From NCBI GenBank assembly GCA_938073745.1, contig CALJFR010000001.1:1-63150 (forward strand): DNA of 63,150 nucleotides, read 5' to 3'. Both the position numbers and the translations under genes were made by a program. The DNA is from an uncultured Flavobacteriales bacterium. GTDB lineage: Bacteria; Bacteroidota; Bacteroidia; Flavobacteriales; BACL11. The notes beneath the pieces were generated by a model, which did no database searches, was not told the origin of the DNA, and worked only from the letters and a program-made list of their open reading frames with translations. Positions 49,913 through 58,664 of the stretch are shown piece by piece (positions within the stretch are counted from its first letter, which is position 1; every line of letters begins with the position of its first letter).

Positions 49913-50443
49913 TTAATCTATTTCACTAATATACATTTTTCCACTAATCTTATTTAATGTATAATCATTAAAGTTTGGATCAGAACTAAAACCTTTAGCA
50001 TAAATCTTTTCCTTTTCAGTAGTAATAATAACATCATTGTCTGTGTATATTTTATCTTTTTTCTCATCCCAAACTAGGTATTCAGTTTCTAATGTTTTTG
50101 TTTTATTGCTTAAAACAACACTGCTAGATGCTGTCATAATGTTATTAATTTCATCAACTATAGCATTCTTTGCCTTTAAATTGGATATAACATTTGAGGA
50201 ATCATCATAAAAAATAACTTCAAAACCATCTGAAAATAATAATCTGGGAGAATCATCAATAAATCTTTCAATCTTATTAGCAATAATTTCAAGCTTTATC
50301 AAACCATTTTCGGTATGTATTAAGTTAGATTTTTCAATTATTTCTATTGGTAAGTTTTGATCTTCAAATAACTCACTCACTAAATGAGGATTGTTTGTAC
50401 AAGAAATAGATAGAAACAATAGGAAAAGAAAAGCAAAACGCAT
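49913..50443 (-). CDS. lptC: LptC-like periplasmic protein
   Basis: 176 aa. Lipoprotein-like leader (LSISCTN) and beta-rich body. Assignment is based mainly on size and position, so it is weak. Confidence 0.45.
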   Translation of the reverse strand: MRFAFLFLLFLSISCTNNPHLVSELFEDQNLPIEIIEKSNLIHTENGLIKLEIIANKIERFIDDSPRLLFSDGFEVIFYDDSSNVISNLKAKNAIVDEINNIMTASSSVVLSNKTKTLETEYLVWDEKKDKIYTDNDVIITTEKEKIYAKGFSSDPNFNDYTLNKISGKMYISEID

Positions 50444-50449
50444 ATTTAC

Positions 50450-51733
50450 TTAATCACTTGTTCTTACTGTTGTAGTTTTATTAACCCAACACTCAATTTT
50501 ATATTTTGTGTTTTTTTCTACATTATTAAAAAAACATACTTCTGTTGAAGGAAAATACTTTGAATAAGTATTAATACTTTTTCTTGCTCTTGATGTTACA
50601 AACTCATCTTTTTGAGCTTTGTTAAACATATCAACAGCTATCCAATAAACAGTTTTTTGCTCGAAATCATTACCACAAGATTTAGCTCCAGCAACATATA
50701 TATTGCCTAAATTCATATAAGCCTCTCCCCAATTTTCTTTTAAGTTTAAAGCCTCATAACAAGCGTTACGCGCATTTGAAAACGAACCAAAATTTCTATA
50801 AGCATCTGCTAGGCCTAAATAATACTTTGCCTTTACATCAGGATCTTGCTCTAAATCAATAGCTTCTTTACAATATTTTATGGCCTGAGTATAATCACCT
50901 CTAGAAATACTCATTTTTCCCATTTTAGAAGCTGATAATGCTGCTGGTTCAAGTTCATATAACTTTGAGGAAACCTCAAAAAACAAATTATCTTCAACAC
51001 AATCCTTATTATCAAGAATCTTAACAATTCTTTTCAATAAATTAATATCTTCTGAATTTTGCTGAAATTTTATTGAGTAAATTTCAATTAAAGCCTTGCA
51101 ATCTGCGTAAGGAGTGAATAAAGACTCTACATTTGATAGCGTCTGATTATAATATTTACTTTTTTTGGGGTTACTACTTAAATTATAATCAATCACGTCA
51201 GATAATTGTGCGTATAAAAATAATATATCTTCTTTTTGAAGATCTCCATTTTTTTCCATTAATGTTGCTGCCTTAAAATAAGCAGAAATTGCTCCAGCGG
51301 AACTATTTGACTGCTGAAGCTCAAAAGATTGTTTTAATACTTCATATGCAGCTATATAATTTTCTTTATCATACCTAAGCATATCTGCACCTTTTAAGCC
51401 TAAAACAAAACCTTCTTTCCCAAAGTAAGTTATTCTATTATCATAAATCTGGATTAAAGTGTCAAGATAAGCCTTGTTGTTGGCTTTATCTTTTTTCATT
51501 TTTGATTTTATAATTACAGGTCCATTTTTATAAATATTACCACTTGATCTTGGGCAATTTAAAAATGACCAGCGCCAAGGTTTCAATGCATCCTCATAAT
51601 TTTTTTGTTTATAATACTCTCTGTATAGAGAAAGATTAGTAATACAATTGATACTATCACTACCCCATTTCGACTGTGCTTGTAGATCTTGACTTAAAAA
51701 AGTGACTAATAAAACTAATAAAATATTTCTCAT
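50450..51733 (-). CDS. secreted TPR-repeat protein
   Basis: 427 aa. Signal peptide and several TPR-like helical hairpins (..YTQAIKYCKEAIDLEQDPDVKAKYYLGLADAYRNFGSFSNARNACYEAL..). Confidence 0.55.
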   Translation of the reverse strand: MRNILLVLLVTFLSQDLQAQSKWGSDSINCITNLSLYREYYKQKNYEDALKPWRWSFLNCPRSSGNIYKNGPVIIKSKMKKDKANNKAYLDTLIQIYDNRITYFGKEGFVLGLKGADMLRYDKENYIAAYEVLKQSFELQQSNSSAGAISAYFKAATLMEKNGDLQKEDILFLYAQLSDVIDYNLSSNPKKSKYYNQTLSNVESLFTPYADCKALIEIYSIKFQQNSEDINLLKRIVKILDNKDCVEDNLFFEVSSKLYELEPAALSASKMGKMSISRGDYTQAIKYCKEAIDLEQDPDVKAKYYLGLADAYRNFGSFSNARNACYEALNLKENWGEAYMNLGNIYVAGAKSCGNDFEQKTVYWIAVDMFNKAQKDEFVTSRARKSINTYSKYFPSTEVCFFNNVEKNTKYKIECWVNKTTTVRTSD

Positions 51734-51735
51734 TT

Positions 51736-52995
51736 CTAATTATATTTTTGTTTAACAAACCATATTCCTTCAAATGACATACTTAACCCAAATTTTATAT
51801 AATTCTCTTTAAGTAAATTATTTGAATTTGTTCCTCTTTGACCTAATGTTACAGAGAAATCATATGTAGATTTATTTCTTTTAATTGGAATACCTATACC
51901 AAAACTTATGCTTTTATCCTCTAACTGGATATTATTTATTTGTAAAGGTGTAGTATTTAATGCTACTCCTATTCTATAATTACATCTCTTATAGAATTGT
52001 GTTACAGAATTAACATCAGGCGTATACTGCAATCCTGAGGAAATTTTTTTACTGTTGACTAGAGAGTCAGATTCTGAAAACAGCTGATAATCGCTCCAAT
52101 TTTGAGTAGAATAATCACAAACAAAAAGCCATGAACCTTTTGAAAATGCTAAACCATAATTTAAATATTGAGGCAGAATCATATTACCCACTTCAATTGA
52201 ATTTACAAAGGTATCTTTAACAACTTCATTAATTCCAGAATATTCAAATGTCTCAACTAAATTTAATCGTTTAGCATTAATATCTGAATTATTGGTGGCA
52301 TTAACGGAAAGTGTGATATTAGAATTAGAACTTTCTATCTCTTTATCATAAATAACACCAAATTCATAAAAAACTCCATCTAAATTTATTAGAGAATTTG
52401 ATCTAGAGTTAAATATAGTTTCATCATCAAACTCTAATTTTTTTCTTCTATTTAAACCCCCAAAAAGATAAGATGCATTAGCTCCAACAGAAATATTATC
52501 ATGAACTTTTAATGCCGCTCCTAAATATACTTTGCTTAAACCACCATCACCAGAATATAACATATCTGCTTCGTACTGCTGATCTCTACTTTCTAAAGTG
52601 TATCCTATGTTACTAAAAGGAATAACTCCAAAACTTGTACCAATTCTTTTATTTAATGGAAAAGCAAAAACAATATGACTTAGAGAAACATTACTAACAG
52701 TCTGTTCGTCTGATAAAGATTGAATATTTAAAACATTATGATTTAGGCCAGTGGAAAACATAAATGAATTAGGACTAAATGCAGAATATGAAGCAGGACT
52801 ATAAGGGTTAATCATATTTTCATTATAAATTGCGTATCCTCCTCCACCTAAAGAATTAAAAACAGGTGAAAACTGATTAGTTAAATCTCCAAGTCCAAAT
52901 CTTGAATATGGTGAGCTTGTATTTTGCTGAGCAAAAATAGTCTCTGCAAAAATAAGTAGAAGAATTAAAAAACTAAACTTATATATTTTACTCAT
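51736..52995 (-). CDS. outer-membrane beta-barrel protein, uncharacterised
   Basis: 419 aa. Signal peptide, then N-terminal SPYSRFGLGDL. Alternating beta-strand pattern. Aromatic-rich C-terminus. Confidence 0.5.
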   Translation of the reverse strand: MSKIYKFSFLILLLIFAETIFAQQNTSSPYSRFGLGDLTNQFSPVFNSLGGGGYAIYNENMINPYSPASYSAFSPNSFMFSTGLNHNVLNIQSLSDEQTVSNVSLSHIVFAFPLNKRIGTSFGVIPFSNIGYTLESRDQQYEADMLYSGDGGLSKVYLGAALKVHDNISVGANASYLFGGLNRRKKLEFDDETIFNSRSNSLINLDGVFYEFGVIYDKEIESSNSNITLSVNATNNSDINAKRLNLVETFEYSGINEVVKDTFVNSIEVGNMILPQYLNYGLAFSKGSWLFVCDYSTQNWSDYQLFSESDSLVNSKKISSGLQYTPDVNSVTQFYKRCNYRIGVALNTTPLQINNIQLEDKSISFGIGIPIKRNKSTYDFSVTLGQRGTNSNNLLKENYIKFGLSMSFEGIWFVKQKYN

Positions 52996-53716
52996 TATAA
53001 TCTAAAATTTCATTCAAACCCTTTAGTACTAAAAAAGGGTCTGCAAATATGCTACTTTTTAATTCTTTTTCAAAGAATGATACATCTCCACCTGTAAATA
53101 AAACTATAAAACCTTTATTTTCTTTCTTCCACTCAGATATTAAGGTTTTTACTTCTGACAAAATACCACTTTGAACTCCTGAAACGATTGAATTCTTGGT
53201 GTTTTTTCCTTTAAACGGGGTGTAATCTTGCTGATTAATTAAAGGTAAATTAGAAGTATAATCACTTAATGCTTTATAACGCATTTTCAATCCTAATGTT
53301 ATTCTGCCGCCATGATATTTTTTTTCTTTATCGATAAAGTCAGCAGTCAAACAACTACCAGCATCAAAAACCCAAATATCTTTATTAGGAAATAAGAATG
53401 TCGCCCCAACAACTGCGGCAATTCTATCGCTTCCAACGAAAGATTCATACACTGAAGAAATTGGTAATGGTGTATCATTATTTAGCTCTACACAATTAAG
53501 TGAAGAAAGTAGTTTTTTTTCTGAATCAGTTAATTTTCTTACTGTAGAATATATTGATGAAGATATAGTACTATTACCACAGAAACCAATCACTTCTTTT
53601 TTAGAAAATAATTTTATTGTTTTTGTCGCAACTAAGTCTTTATTACTAAATAGCGCAAGCTTAACTCGAGAATTACCAAAATCTATAACTAATTTCAATA
53701 AATTAAATTTTATCAA
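52988..53716 (-). CDS. coaX: type III pantothenate kinase
   Basis: LVIDFGNSRVKLALF ASKHA N-terminus and VFDAGSCLTADF. The true start is probably TTG at 53698 (giving MKLVIDFGNS), because a TAnnTTTG box occupies 53714-53721. Confidence 0.85.
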   Translation of the reverse strand: MIKFNLLKLVIDFGNSRVKLALFSNKDLVATKTIKLFSKKEVIGFCGNSTISSSIYSTVRKLTDSEKKLLSSLNCVELNNDTPLPISSVYESFVGSDRIAAVVGATFLFPNKDIWVFDAGSCLTADFIDKEKKYHGGRITLGLKMRYKALSDYTSNLPLINQQDYTPFKGKNTKNSIVSGVQSGILSEVKTLISEWKKENKGFIVLFTGGDVSFFEKELKSSIFADPFLVLKGLNEILDYNE

Positions 53717-53721
53717 AGCTA
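53714..53721 (-). promoter_or_regulatory. candidate -7 promoter box (TAGCTTTG on minus strand)
   Basis: Plus strand reads CAAAGCTA, 15 nt upstream of the TTG at 53698. Confidence 0.35.
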
Positions 53722-53780
53722 CAAAAAAGACAGTTCATGATATGAATAGTAATTTTATTTCTTAATATTAAAAATTCTGC

Positions 53781-53788
53781 TAAATTTG
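53781..53788 (+). promoter_or_regulatory. candidate -7 promoter box TAAATTTG for tRNA-Phe
   Basis: Exact TAnnTTTG ending 14 nt before the tRNA 5' end. Confidence 0.45.
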
Positions 53789-53802
53789 CACCCCCTAATG
53801 AT

Positions 53803-53875
53803 GGTACCTTAGCTCAGTTGGTAGAGCAATGGACTGAAAATCCATGTGTCCCTGGTTCGATTCCTGGAGGTACCA
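53803..53875 (+). tRNA. tRNA-Phe (anticodon GAA)
   Basis: Hand-folded cloverleaf. Acceptor GGTACCT/AGGTACC, D arm GCTC-AGTTGGTA-GAGC. Anticodon arm ATGGA-CTGAAAA-TCCAT with GAA at 53836-53838. Variable loop GTGTC. T arm CCTGG-TTCGATT-CCTGG with one T-T mismatch. Discriminator A. CCA is not encoded. Confidence 0.93.
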
Positions 53876-53878
53876 CTT

Positions 53879-53907
53879 AAAAAGCCCCTAAATTTTAGGG
53901 GCTTTTT
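53879..53907 (+). terminator. intrinsic terminator after tRNA-Phe
   Basis: Stem GCCCCT (53884-53889) / AGGGGC (53897-53902), 7-nt loop, followed by TTTTT. Confidence 0.8.
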
Positions 53908-53979
53908 AGTTTTACTATGCACTACATAGTATAGAGATTTCAATAGCATATATTTACATAGAAAATAATTTATTTACAA

Positions 53980-54699
53980 ATGGACATTACTATTATTATC
54001 GATTTCCTCTCAAATGAATGGATGAGAAATATAGCTCTTACTCTTTTTTTTATGATTTGCTATTTTTTTATTGGTTTTAAAATTAAAGACAAGCATACAG
54101 GAATGTTTATGAAAATAAGTAGTTCTGTGGTTTTATTAATGACACTTTCTAATCATATTCTTTTGACAAGTCTTGATTCATGGACATTAAAAAGCAACTT
54201 ACCTATACACCTTTGTAGTGTGTCTGCATTAATATGTTGCTTTATTGGTTTTACAAAAAAAAATCAGCTTCTTTTTGAATTTTTATTTTATGCAGGTATT
54301 ATTGGAGGAATGCTATCAATCTTAACTCCACAAATCACATTATATAATGAGTATTATTTCTTTTATATAATGTTTTATTTTAAACATGCTGCTATTATTG
54401 CTATTCCATTATTTATGCGTTTCAGAGTAAATATGAAATTAACTGAATTCTCGTGGTTAAAAACATTTGGTTTAGTGAATCTGTTATTATTATTTGTTCT
54501 ACCAATTAATGCATTAATTGATTCAAATTATTTATATGTTTCAAGACCTCCAATGGTAAATAACCCTCTTATTATTGAAGATTTAAACAAAGTTTTTGGA
54601 ATACCAACTTATGTGTTCTATTGGGAAATAATTCTTATTACTCTAGTTATTCTATTTTATTATGTTTTTAGACATAAAACTATAAAAGAAGCTAAATAG
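53980..54699 (+). CDS. polytopic membrane protein (YwaF/TIGR02206-like, tentative)
   Basis: 239 aa with about 7 hydrophobic helices. The NLPIHLCSVSALICCF block resembles the LPLHLC motif I associate with that family. Confidence 0.4.
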   Translation: MDITIIIDFLSNEWMRNIALTLFFMICYFFIGFKIKDKHTGMFMKISSSVVLLMTLSNHILLTSLDSWTLKSNLPIHLCSVSALICCFIGFTKKNQLLFEFLFYAGIIGGMLSILTPQITLYNEYYFFYIMFYFKHAAIIAIPLFMRFRVNMKLTEFSWLKTFGLVNLLLLFVLPINALIDSNYLYVSRPPMVNNPLIIEDLNKVFGIPTYVFYWEIILITLVILFYYVFRHKTIKEAK

Positions 54700-54731
54700 C
54701 TGCTTTTATTGAGTGGAAAAATATTAGATCT

Positions 54732-56615
54732 TTATTCTAACAATAATTTATGAGTGAAATTATTGTTCTTACTTTTAATCTCTACAATATAAATACCAGA
54801 AGAATAAAAACTTAAATCAATTTCTTTTTTCACATTAATTATTTGTTTTTCTTCTAATACTTGTTGACCATAAATATTATTTACTATTAGATCATATGTA
54901 TCATTAGTTAAATTATCAATTGTAAACTTTCCATTAGATGGATTAGGATATACATTATAATTTAATTGAAAGTCGTCATTAATACTATTAACAGTTCCAA
55001 AGTTCATCCTTATAAGTAATGCTTTTGAAATTGTATACCAACCTCCAAAACCTAAAGAACCACTATTACATCCGTTATCTTGCAAATACTTAACTGTATT
55101 TGGATTTTCAGTACTACTAATTAATGAGGTATCTAATGGATGTTGCGTTCCTTTTACTGCAGCCATATAAGAGGTTCCTGCAAATAATGGATATGGATTA
55201 AGTAAAGGTAATGTTACCCATGAATCAATATCCGCAGCAGTTAAAACATAAGAATCTGATTCCTCTAAAAAAATCTGACCATCAGTTTCATACAATTCAA
55301 CATTTAATTCTGCTCCTGGAACAGAGTTATCATTTACATGAAAAGAAATTGATGTTATAGTGGTATTTTCATATATATCAAAAGCATTTGCTAGTACTTG
55401 CCCTCCGCAAGACCTTCCTAAAAAATATCCATTACCAGCATTAGCTCCATCTGAATTCCAATCATAATCAACACCATAAACTGTATCTGTAACAACGCTT
55501 CCTCTTATTAAAGTGTCTGTAGATGGAAAAGAATCAGAACTTGCATAAAAACTAATATTATGATACCCATATGTAGTTGGAGAAAAAACTGAGTTAGTAG
55601 CTAATGTATCAAGTGCATTAACTTGAGATGAAATAGGATTTGAAGAAGCATTCATAATTATATTGCCAAGCTCATCAGCAACTAATGTATTTAGTCTTGT
55701 ATTTGTTTGTAAGTTGGCACCATTGTTTTTAACAACTGCCTCCATCCTGTATGGATTTTGATTAGTTTGATTCATTGGATTAAATGTGTAATCTATACCA
55801 TAATCACCTAAAGCTTGATAACCTAGCCACCATCCCCCGTAAGTATGATCATATATTTCTAACCTATTTGGATCTGTTTCTACAATCTTAATATCATCAA
55901 TCATCCAATAATAGCATCTTGCTACCCATCCAAACCTTATGTATACAGTAGCTTGATTTCCAGCAACACTTGAAATATTAATACTTGTAAATTCAGGGTT
56001 TGATGACTGAGTATTATTTGAAATACCACTATTCACTAAATAAGAAGTCCAGTTAATAGAATCTGTACTAATATACACTGAAGGTGGTGTGAAACTACCG
56101 TTTCCTAAATTATTGTATCTAAAAAGATGCTCAAATTCAAGACTTACAGCAGAATGTGTTGACAAATCAATAGCATTTGTTGTAACTAAAGATTCAATAT
56201 ATTGATAAGTTGAGCCAGAGGGCTGACCGTTAGCATAATGATTTGCGGAATCTGTATCACAAATTAGAAAACCATTACTAGCCGTTGTTGATGTAAGTGC
56301 ATTTGAGCCAGCAGTGCCTTGATTTCCATTGTAATAACCCCATGTTCCATCAGTTGAATATGCCCAAGGGCAAGTTGCAAAACCACCAGCCATATTTGAA
56401 GAACTAGTTGACCACAATGCAGGTAAACCACCGGAAAAATCTTCTGACCAGATTGGAGTAACAGATGATGAATTAAAAAGTGAGGGCAGAATATTAGCTG
56501 ATGGTAAATTTGTTGAAAGATTAATAGTTTCTGAGTCAGAATTATTATTTGCATGTTGACTAAAAACAACTAATGACGAAACCATAAAAATTAGAAGTGA
56601 GTATATGTTTTTCAT
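54732..56615 (-). CDS. T9SS-secreted multidomain protein, array paralogue 1
   Basis: Signal peptide MKNIYSLLIFMVSSLVVFSQ. I use ATG 56615, because the track's TTG 56642 lies inside the promoter box. N-module IWSEDFSGGLPALW...YYWMIDDIKIVET. Conserved core blocks are shared with the other three copies. Type-A sorting domain VYPNPSNGKFTI...GIYIVEIKSKNNNFTHKLLLE. Confidence 0.85.
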   Translation of the reverse strand: MKNIYSLLIFMVSSLVVFSQHANNNSDSETINLSTNLPSANILPSLFNSSSVTPIWSEDFSGGLPALWSTSSSNMAGGFATCPWAYSTDGTWGYYNGNQGTAGSNALTSTTASNGFLICDTDSANHYANGQPSGSTYQYIESLVTTNAIDLSTHSAVSLEFEHLFRYNNLGNGSFTPPSVYISTDSINWTSYLVNSGISNNTQSSNPEFTSINISSVAGNQATVYIRFGWVARCYYWMIDDIKIVETDPNRLEIYDHTYGGWWLGYQALGDYGIDYTFNPMNQTNQNPYRMEAVVKNNGANLQTNTRLNTLVADELGNIIMNASSNPISSQVNALDTLATNSVFSPTTYGYHNISFYASSDSFPSTDTLIRGSVVTDTVYGVDYDWNSDGANAGNGYFLGRSCGGQVLANAFDIYENTTITSISFHVNDNSVPGAELNVELYETDGQIFLEESDSYVLTAADIDSWVTLPLLNPYPLFAGTSYMAAVKGTQHPLDTSLISSTENPNTVKYLQDNGCNSGSLGFGGWYTISKALLIRMNFGTVNSINDDFQLNYNVYPNPSNGKFTIDNLTNDTYDLIVNNIYGQQVLEEKQIINVKKEIDLSFYSSGIYIVEIKSKNNNFTHKLLLE

Positions 56616-56639
56616 ACTTAATTTTTTATTGTGTGTAGA

Positions 56640-56647
56640 CAAATATA
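56640..56647 (-). promoter_or_regulatory. candidate -7 promoter box (TATATTTG on minus strand) for paralogue 1
   Basis: Plus strand reads CAAATATA, 24 nt upstream of ATG 56615. It abuts the terminator of paralogue 2. Confidence 0.45.
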
Positions 56648-56648
56648 T

Positions 56649-56675
56649 AAAAAAGCCCTATTATAAAATAGGGCT
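56649..56675 (-). terminator. intrinsic terminator of paralogue 2
   Basis: Stem AGCCCTAT (56654-56661) / ATAGGGCT (56668-56675), loop TATAAA. On the minus strand it is followed by a U6 run (plus-strand A49-A54). Confidence 0.75.
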
Positions 56676-56701
56676 TTTAAAATTGTAAAGATTGAGTAAG
56701 C

Positions 56702-58588
56702 TTATTCTAAAATCACTGATTTTACTGAGACTTTATTTTCATATGATAAAGTTACATTATAAATACCTTTATCAAATTTATTTAAATCAATTGAAGGAGA
56801 AGTTATCCCATTATGTTCTAAAGAAATAATCTTTTGACCAATAACATTAGTTATGCTAATTGTACAAGGCTTATTACTTTCTGTGATAATTGAAAACAAA
56901 CCATTAGTTGGATTAGGATAAATCTGAAAATCATTATTTTCTCTTCTATCTTCAACGCTATTAATATATCCGAAATTCATTCTAATAGCCATTTTGTCTG
57001 TAGCAGTATACCATGTCCCAGCAGGATTTGCTGAGTTTAAATTACATCCATTATCTTGAATATAGCTAGAAGAAGCAGGGTTAGTAGCAACTGTAATTAA
57101 AAAAGTATCTGTTGGATGAGCAAAACCTCTTACAGCAGCCATATAAGATGTTCCTTTAAAAACTGGAAGAGGGTTAAGGAGTGGAATAGTAACCCAATTG
57201 CCAATATCAGATGCAGTTAATGAATAAGGATCTGATTCAGCTAGGAATATACTATTTGTTCCGAAACCTTCATATACTTCTGTAGTCATCTGAGCACCAA
57301 CTACTGATTCAGAACCTACATGAAAAGAAATAGATGTTACTTGAGCATCAGCATATATATCATATGCAGACGTTCCAACTTGACCACCACAAGTTCTTCC
57401 AATCCTCCAAGCACTAGTTCCTAAATTTGCACCATCCGAATTCCAATCATAATCAATAGCATAGATTGTATCCGAAACAATGCTTGACATTGTGGCGGTA
57501 TCTGTGTATGGGAAAGAATCAGATGTTGCCCAAATACTTATATTGTGAAGTCCCATGGCAGTTGGCGTATAAAAGCTATTCAATGCTAAAGTATCTGTAG
57601 ATGAAATGCCAAGTGTAATTCCATTAGAAACATCTGAAAACAATACACTTCCTGCATCATCGGCGATATCTCCATGCAGAGTTACATTATTTTGAGCATT
57701 AGCTCCTAAATTTCTAACAACACCTTCAAGTCTATATGGGTTACCTAGTGCTTGAGCCATTGGATTAAATGTGTAATTACATCCTAAATCTCCAGTTGTT
57801 TGATAACCTAACCACCATCCTCCAAACATTTCGTCTTGACATTCCATTAAATGAGCAGGTGTTTCAATTAATTGAATATCATCAATACACCAAAAATAAT
57901 AACCATAATAACTATTGTACAAAACAGTACCATCATAAATAAACTGAATATGCACACTCGGTTGTCCTGCAATATTTGGAGGAATATTTAACATTACTTG
58001 ATAATCAGGAGTTGTTGCATCATTAACATCAATATCCGGATGTACTTCCATTTCATCTGTAAACGTCACCCCACCATCAATACTAAATGCGACCTTTGCA
58101 ATTCCAGTGTATTCTCTGTAGAAACTGTTAAAAAGTAGAGAGACTGCAGGGTAAGCAGATAAATCTATTGATTCTGTAGTTAGTGTTCCTATGTGTCCAT
58201 TTGGATTAGATGGATACTGACCAGTTCCGAATCCGCCTGCAACACCTAAGTTATCATAATAATCAGAATCAAAAATCATAAATCCATTTTGAGCAGTTGG
58301 TGATTGAATAGGCCCTTGATTAGTTCCATAGGCACCTTGAGTTCCAACTGTTGAGTTTGGAGATGTTGAAGGCCCTCTATAAGCCCAAGGGACAGAAGAG
58401 TTAATCCACGTAGAAGGAATTCCGTTTGTAAAATCTTCAGACCAAAAGGGAACGACAGATTTAGGAACTTTTACAGAAGAAACGTGTTCTGTATTATTTT
58501 TTGAAGTTAAAACATGCTTTGGAGTTATTTGAGCAAATGATAATGAGCAAATTAAAACCAAGCATAAAATTGAGTAAATTTTTTTCAT
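56702..58588 (-). CDS. T9SS-secreted multidomain protein, array paralogue 2
   Basis: 628 aa. Signal peptide MKKIYSILCLVLICSLSFAQ. N-module FWSEDFTNGIPSTW...YYFWCIDDIQLIET. Conserved core. Sorting domain IYPNPTNGLFSI...GIYNVTLSYENKVSVKSVILE. Confidence 0.88.
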   Translation of the reverse strand: MKKIYSILCLVLICSLSFAQITPKHVLTSKNNTEHVSSVKVPKSVVPFWSEDFTNGIPSTWINSSVPWAYRGPSTSPNSTVGTQGAYGTNQGPIQSPTAQNGFMIFDSDYYDNLGVAGGFGTGQYPSNPNGHIGTLTTESIDLSAYPAVSLLFNSFYREYTGIAKVAFSIDGGVTFTDEMEVHPDIDVNDATTPDYQVMLNIPPNIAGQPSVHIQFIYDGTVLYNSYYGYYFWCIDDIQLIETPAHLMECQDEMFGGWWLGYQTTGDLGCNYTFNPMAQALGNPYRLEGVVRNLGANAQNNVTLHGDIADDAGSVLFSDVSNGITLGISSTDTLALNSFYTPTAMGLHNISIWATSDSFPYTDTATMSSIVSDTIYAIDYDWNSDGANLGTSAWRIGRTCGGQVGTSAYDIYADAQVTSISFHVGSESVVGAQMTTEVYEGFGTNSIFLAESDPYSLTASDIGNWVTIPLLNPLPVFKGTSYMAAVRGFAHPTDTFLITVATNPASSSYIQDNGCNLNSANPAGTWYTATDKMAIRMNFGYINSVEDRRENNDFQIYPNPTNGLFSIITESNKPCTISITNVIGQKIISLEHNGITSPSIDLNKFDKGIYNVTLSYENKVSVKSVILE

Positions 58589-58609
58589 AGAATATTTTTT
58601 ATTGATTTA

Positions 58610-58617
58610 CAAATTTA
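58610..58617 (-). promoter_or_regulatory. candidate -7 promoter box (TAAATTTG on minus strand) for paralogue 2
   Basis: Plus strand reads CAAATTTA, 21 nt upstream of ATG 58588. Confidence 0.45.
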
Positions 58618-58664
58618 AGAAAAGATGTCTATAAATAGTTACAAAAGAATTGATTAATGTTTTA

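Noticed and set aside
5026-49916. Many 60-150-aa ORFs in the track lie antisense to, or out of frame within, long well-supported genes. They are 5026-5211, 5770-6024, 6313-6510, 7008-7208, 8206-8445, 10967-11305, 13584-13796, 14506-14709, 19014-19217, 22160-22345, 23943-24128, 24735-25046, 25137-25334, 26334-26618, 27919-28128, 28794-29069, 29732-29932, 29993-30196, 30987-31385, 38099-38326, 39029-39232, 41268-41666, 45698-45979, 48921-49376 and 49719-49916.
   Set aside because: Each is fully embedded in a gene with strong family signatures on the other strand or frame. Their translations are low-complexity (I/L/F/S/K-rich), as expected for shadow frames in AT-rich DNA. None has a promoter box or a recognisable motif.
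56264-56569. 101-aa same-strand alternative-frame ORF inside array paralogue 1.
   Set aside because: It lies out of frame within a CDS whose main frame is conserved across four paralogues. The alternative frame is not open at the equivalent position of the other copies as far as the ORF track shows.
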